Shown piece after piece: positions 59,962 to 64,000 of a stretch of DNA of 64,000 nt. The translations under genes were made by a program, and so were the position numbers. A model generated the notes under the pieces. It saw only the letters and a list, made by a program, of their open reading frames with translations. It did no database searches and was not told where the DNA came from. Positions within the stretch are counted from its first letter, which is position 1. Each line of letters opens with the position of its first letter. This stretch comes from Deltaproteobacteria bacterium (lineage in GTDB: Bacteria; Myxococcota_A; UBA9160; SMWR01), in NCBI GenBank assembly GCA_032128115.1, contig JAQBHB010000047.1, positions 192,001 to 256,000 of the forward strand, written 5' to 3'.

Positions 59962-60056
59962 TCCTCGACAATGGCAAAGCCGTCGGAAGGCGGTGACGCA
60001 AAGCCAGTGCCCCAACCCACCTCTCGGGGTGGGCGGGTCGAACGGCCGCCGAAGGG
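59962..60056 (+). ncRNA. Cyclic di-GMP-I (GEMM) riboswitch aptamer
   Basis: CGACAAU-GGCAAA-[GCCGUC-GGAA-GGCGGU]-GACGCAAAGCC...P3 hairpin CCCACC/GGUGGG...GGCCGCCGAA; GNRA tetraloop; CCUCG/CGAAGG P1. Confidence 0.88.
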
Positions 60057-60167
60057 AGTCCGATCGTGAGTGAAATGCGCTCGAGGAGCTTCAGCTCTAC
60101 GACACCGAGATTCTCGGACTGGTGGCGCACCGCGTCTTGCGCGGTGAACTCCATGAAGAGGAATAAC

Positions 60168-60515
60168 ATGAAGGCAAACGAGAGACTCGCACTCCTGGTG
60201 GGTGCACTGATCGTCGTGGGGTCGGCCGGGCCGATCCTCGCGGACTACGTGGTAGACAGCTACGAGCCCGTGCTGGTCTCGGACGACATCTACAACACGA
60301 GCCGGGAGGTGGTCTCCCTGGCCGGTCCCGATGCCAACGCCGACGGCAACAGCAACAACGGCCACGGCAACAACGAAGACGGCGTGGACTCGAGCAACCC
60401 CGGTCAGGGTGGCGGCGGGCCCAACGGCGAAGTCGACGAGTCGTGCACCGGCGAAGGCGAGTGCGTGGACGACGAGTCGAGCCCGGGCAACAGCGGCAAG
60501 ACCAAGACCAAGTAG
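60168..60515 (+). CDS. Small secreted Gly/Asn/Asp-rich protein of unknown function
   Basis: GAGG RBS; signal peptide ending PILA; NNGHGNNEDGVDSSNPGQGGGGPNGEVD; C-x5-C pair. Confidence 0.8.
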   Translation: MKANERLALLVGALIVVGSAGPILADYVVDSYEPVLVSDDIYNTSREVVSLAGPDANADGNSNNGHGNNEDGVDSSNPGQGGGGPNGEVDESCTGEGECVDDESSPGNSGKTKTK

Positions 60516-60539
60516 TCTCGGTCCTGACATAGGTGAACG

Positions 60540-60575
60540 GGGCGCGGCGGGTGGAGTCCACCCCCGCGCCCTTTT
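60540..60575 (+). terminator. Intrinsic terminator
   Basis: gggcgcgg-c-gggtgg / ccaccc-ccgcgccc hairpin followed by TTTT. Confidence 0.75.
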
Positions 60576-60647
60576 CCGTGGGGCCCGGGCCCGATCCGGG
60601 CTACAGCGGCGGCGTTCGCTTGCCGATCCATGATTCCGAACGTATGT

Positions 60648-60665
60648 TTCGAACGATCGTTCGAA
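60648..60665. promoter_or_regulatory. Perfect 18-bp palindrome, probable TetR operator
   Basis: TTCGAACGATCGTTCGAA, 13 nt upstream of the TetR ATG and abutting a TATGTT -10-like box. Confidence 0.75.
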
Positions 60666-60678
60666 CCCCCGCGGAACG

Positions 60679-61434
60679 ATGGAACGCCCCGAATCCTCCA
60701 CTCTCCACGCCGTCTCCGACGTTCCTGACGTCCCTGACGTTCCTGAGGTCCCTGAAAGCGGGGAGAGCGCCACCAAGCGTCGCCTGCTCGACGCGGCGGA
60801 GCGCCTGTTTGCCGAGCGCGGTTTCGCAGGCACCTCGCTTCGCGCAGTGACCGAGGCCGCGGGCACCAGCGTCTCGGCGGCCAACTACCACTTCGGCACC
60901 AAGCAGGCCCTGCTCCGAGCCGCCCTGTTGCGCCGGGTGGCGCCGGTGAACCGGGCCCGCCTGGCGGCGCTCGACGCGTTGGAGGCGGAGGCCGGAGACG
61001 AACCGCCCGCTGTGGAGTTGCTGCTCGAGGCCTTTCTGCGGCCGGCGCTGGAGATGCGCAGCGACTCACCCGAGCGGGTCGCCCGGATCCGACAGGTGGC
61101 GGCGCGTCTCCACACGGATCCGCCGGATCACATGGCGGGTCTGGCCCGGGATCTGTTCCGACCGGTACACGAGCGCTTCGTCGATGCGCTCGCGCGCGCG
61201 CTGCCCGAGCGATCGCGCCAGGACGTGGAGGTCGCCTACCACTTCACGGTGGGTGTGCTGGTGCACCTGATCAGCGGTCACCTGGACTCGTGCCAGGAGC
61301 GCGATCCGGATCCTCGAGCGGATTCCGAGGTCATGCTTCGGCGCCTGATCCGCTACGCCGCGGCCGGCCTTCGCGCCGCAGGCGAATTGCAACCGGGGAT
61401 CGGGCGTGCGCGCCTGCAGGGAGTGACGTCATGA
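60679..61434 (+). CDS. TetR/AcrR family regulator (PsrA-like)
   Basis: TKRRLLDAAERLFAERGF..TSLRAVT..AG....ANYHFGTK. Confidence 0.93.
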   Translation: MERPESSTLHAVSDVPDVPDVPEVPESGESATKRRLLDAAERLFAERGFAGTSLRAVTEAAGTSVSAANYHFGTKQALLRAALLRRVAPVNRARLAALDALEAEAGDEPPAVELLLEAFLRPALEMRSDSPERVARIRQVAARLHTDPPDHMAGLARDLFRPVHERFVDALARALPERSRQDVEVAYHFTVGVLVHLISGHLDSCQERDPDPRADSEVMLRRLIRYAAAGLRAAGELQPGIGRARLQGVTS

Positions 61435-62684
61435 AGCGACCTCCCAACGTCATGAAGCTACCTCCCAAGCAGGTCTGGCTGCCCCTGGCGATCCTGGCCG
61501 GGGGACTGTTCGTCGCGGTGGGGCTGCTTCTCAACCGGCCCGGGACCCAGGCGCGTCCCAATGAGGGGGTAGCGCCCCTGGTGCGCGCCGTGCGGGTCGA
61601 GCCCCAGGAAGTCCGGTACAAAGTGCGCGCCAACGGCACCGTGATGCCGCGAACCCAGAGCGATCTGGTTCCCCAGGTGTCCGGAGAGGTGACGTGGGTC
61701 TCGCCCGCGCTCGCATCGGGCGGCTTCTTTGCCGCCGCCGAACCGCTGCTGCGGATCGATCCGCGCGATTACGAGGCGGCGCTCGAGAGCGCGCGGGCGT
61801 CCCTGGCCCGTGCCGAGAGTGAGCACTCCCGCGCCCGCACCGAGCGCGGACGCCAGCGCGAACTGGCCCAGCGCGGCGTGGCCAGCCAGTCCCGCATCGA
61901 TGACGCGGAGAACGCCTTCCGCGTGGTCGATGCCCAGATTCGCGAGGCGCGTGCGGTCTTGGAGCGAGCCGAACGCGACCTCGAACGCACGCAGCTCACG
62001 GCGCCCTACGAGGGTCGCGTGCGCGAAGAAAACGTGGACGTGGGGCAGTTCGTGAACCGTGGCACTGCGGTGGCGCGTCTTTACGCGGTGGATGCGGCGG
62101 AGGTGCGCCTGCCCGTACCCGATCGTGAACTCTCGTATCTGGATTTGAGTCTGTCATCGCGCTTCGCCCGAAACGCCGAGCCCGCGGGTTCCGACCCGAT
62201 CGAGGAGCCCTCCGTCGGCGCGGAGTCCGGACCCGAGGTCAGGCTCCACGCCGAGTTCGCCGGCCGCGATCGCATCTGGCACGGGCAGATCGTCCGCACC
62301 GAAGGCGAGATCGATCCGCGCAGCCGCATGATCAACGTGGTGGCCCGGGTCGAGGATCCCTACGGCTCGGAGCCGCCCCTCGCCGTGGGCCTGTTCGTGT
62401 CGGCCGAGATCCTGGGGCGCCGCGAGCCAGAGGCCTACGTGCTGCCGCGTGTCGCGATTCGCGAGGAGGAGGGCGGCTCCCAGGTGTTGCTGATCGACGC
62501 CGACGAGCGCATCCGATTCCGGTCGGTCGAGGTGCTGCGCAGCGAATCCGACCGGGTGGTGATCGGGGCGGGACTCTCCCCCGGTGAGCGGATCTGCGTG
62601 TCTCCTCTGGGCGCCGTGGTAGAAGGGATGCGCGTTCGCGTGCTCGACGAGGATGAGTCCGACTCGGCGCGAGACGGCACGTGA
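61431..62684 (+). CDS. RND efflux periplasmic adaptor (MFP) subunit
   Basis: N-terminal TM, PQVSG, coiled-coil hairpin, APYEG, GLFV; alternative start 61452. Confidence 0.92.
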   Translation: MKRPPNVMKLPPKQVWLPLAILAGGLFVAVGLLLNRPGTQARPNEGVAPLVRAVRVEPQEVRYKVRANGTVMPRTQSDLVPQVSGEVTWVSPALASGGFFAAAEPLLRIDPRDYEAALESARASLARAESEHSRARTERGRQRELAQRGVASQSRIDDAENAFRVVDAQIREARAVLERAERDLERTQLTAPYEGRVREENVDVGQFVNRGTAVARLYAVDAAEVRLPVPDRELSYLDLSLSSRFARNAEPAGSDPIEEPSVGAESGPEVRLHAEFAGRDRIWHGQIVRTEGEIDPRSRMINVVARVEDPYGSEPPLAVGLFVSAEILGRREPEAYVLPRVAIREEEGGSQVLLIDADERIRFRSVEVLRSESDRVVIGAGLSPGERICVSPLGAVVEGMRVRVLDEDESDSARDGT

Positions 62685-64000
62685 ATCGCGCAATCGCCTG
62701 GTTCGCCCAGAACCACGTGGCCGCCAACCTCCTGATGTGGCTTATGGTGGTGGGGGGGATCGCAGCACTTCCGGCGATCCAACAGAAGCCCTTTCCCGAC
62801 ATCGAGATCGAGGTGGTCCAGGTGGGAGTCGCCTACCTGGGCGCTGCTCCCGAGGAGGTGGAGCAGGGTGTCTGCGTCCGGATCGAAGAAGAGATCCAGG
62901 CCATCGAAGGGATCGAGCGCATCACGTCCACCGCCAACGAGGGCGCGTGTGGCGTGTCGGCAGAGCTGGTGACCGGCTACCCGGTGGACCGCGCCCTCGC
63001 CGAAATCAAGAACGCCGTCGACTCGATCTCCAGCTTTCCCGTGGAGACCGAGAAGCCGGTGGTGAGCCACTTTTCGATCCGACGCAATGCCCTCCAGCTG
63101 GCGCTCTCGGGCGACGCATCCGAGGCGGCTCTCAAGATCCTGGGCGAGCGGGTCCGCGACGAGATCGCGGCCCTGCCGGAGGTGACCCAGGTCGAGCTGT
63201 CGTCGGCGCGCAGTTACGAGATCTCCATCGAGGTGCCCGAGGAATCACTGCAGCGCCACGGGCTCACATTCGACCAGGTGGTGGCTGCCGTGCAACACGG
63301 ATCGCTGGACCGGCCGGGAGGATCGATCAAGGCGGCCGGCGGCGAGGTGCTGCTGCGGACGGTGGGCCAGGCCTACACGCGCCGCGACTTCGAGGAGATC
63401 GTGGTGCTCACCCACGCGGATGGTACGCGGCTGTTGGTGCGCGACGTGGCCCGGGTGGTGGACGGTTTCGAGGAAGACGATCGCTATGCGCGTTTCGACG
63501 CCGAGCCGGCGGTGCTGGTGAAGGTGTACCGGGTGGGCGACCAGCGGTTGCTCGACCTGGTGGATCGCGTGAAGGCCCACGTGACCGGGGCCGGTGCACT
63601 CCTGCCGGAGGGGATTCATCTCACGGTCTGGCGCGATGGCTCCCGGAGTCTTCGCGATCGCCTGGACATCCTGGTCCGCAACGGGCGCGGCGGCTTCATC
63701 CTGGTCTTCGCGGTGCTGGCGCTCTTCCTGCGCCTGCGCCTGGCCTTCTGGGTCAGCATCGGCGTTCCCATCTCGTTCATGGGGGCGCTCGCCGCCTTCC
63801 CGATGGCGGAGATCTCGATCGACGTCATCTCGCTGTTTGCGTTCATCCTCGTGATCGGACTGCTTGTGGACGACGCCATCGTGGTGGGCGAGAACGTGCA
63901 CCGACACCAGGAGGAGGGCGACGAAGCCCTGGACTCGGCCATCCGGGGCGCCCAGGAGGTGGCGGTTCCGGTGATCTTTGGCGTGCTGACCACGGTGGCC
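62681..64000 (+). CDS. RND efflux permease (AcrB family), truncated by the window end
   Basis: Manual translation: MNRAIAWFAQNHVAANLLM...GAAPEEVEQG...IGLLVDDAIVVGENV; GTGA overlap with the MFP gene. Confidence 0.93.
   Translation, partial: MNRAIAWFAQNHVAANLLMWLMVVGGIAALPAIQQKPFPDIEIEVVQVGVAYLGAAPEEVEQGVCVRIEEEIQAIEGIERITSTANEGACGVSAELVTGYPVDRALAEIKNAVDSISSFPVETEKPVVSHFSIRRNALQLALSGDASEAALKILGERVRDEIAALPEVTQVELSSARSYEISIEVPEESLQRHGLTFDQVVAAVQHGSLDRPGGSIKAAGGEVLLRTVGQAYTRRDFEEIVVLTHADGTRLLVRDVARVVDGFEEDDRYARFDAEPAVLVKVYRVGDQRLLDLVDRVKAHVTGAGALLPEGIHLTVWRDGSRSLRDRLDILVRNGRGGFILVFAVLALFLRLRLAFWVSIGVPISFMGALAAFPMAEISIDVISLFAFILVIGLLVDDAIVVGENVHRHQEEGDEALDSAIRGAQEVAVPVIFGVLTTVA

Noticed and set aside
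60716..60756. 9-bp repeats encoding VPDVPDVPEVPE in the TetR N-terminus, and a 14-bp duplication at 52722-52749
   Set aside because: They are real but look like ordinary slippage in a disordered or intergenic segment, with no evidence of function.
1..64000. tRNA, rRNA, prophage, integron or IS elements
   Set aside because: No cloverleaf, rRNA-like tract, integrase, transposase or phage gene was recognised by eye.

Overview
A gene-dense, high-GC (roughly 70% by eye) chromosomal window from a Gram-negative bacterium (it carries kdsA and a PEP-CTERM protein). The gene repertoire resembles uncultured Myxococcota/deltaproteobacterial lineages, but that placement is inference. There are about 52 CDS: lipid and redox enzymes (five SDRs, thiolase, acyl-CoA dehydrogenase, PlsB, a desaturase), peptidases, transporters, envelope-modifying membrane proteins, and a TetR-RND efflux operon cut by the window end. 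I found no rRNA, tRNA, CRISPR array, integrase or transposase. The main signals are: (1) a c-di-GMP-I (GEMM) riboswitch, possibly preceded by a degenerate second aptamer, upstream of a small secreted protein of unknown function with an NNGHGNN-DGVDSSNPG motif; (2) an ABC exporter / NTP-transferase / lipid kinase / Tam41-like cluster next to a desaturase and kdsA, resembling anionic sphingolipid head-group synthesis genes; (3) many apparently leaderless genes, with a TANNNT box 6-8 nt before the start codon; (4) recurrent sequence-unrelated 21-bp tandem duplications; (5) a perfect 28-bp inverted repeat element; (6) a head-to-head pair of 'sulfatases' with T-x-P-x-H catalytic motifs. All family calls come from motif recognition by eye, without database searches.
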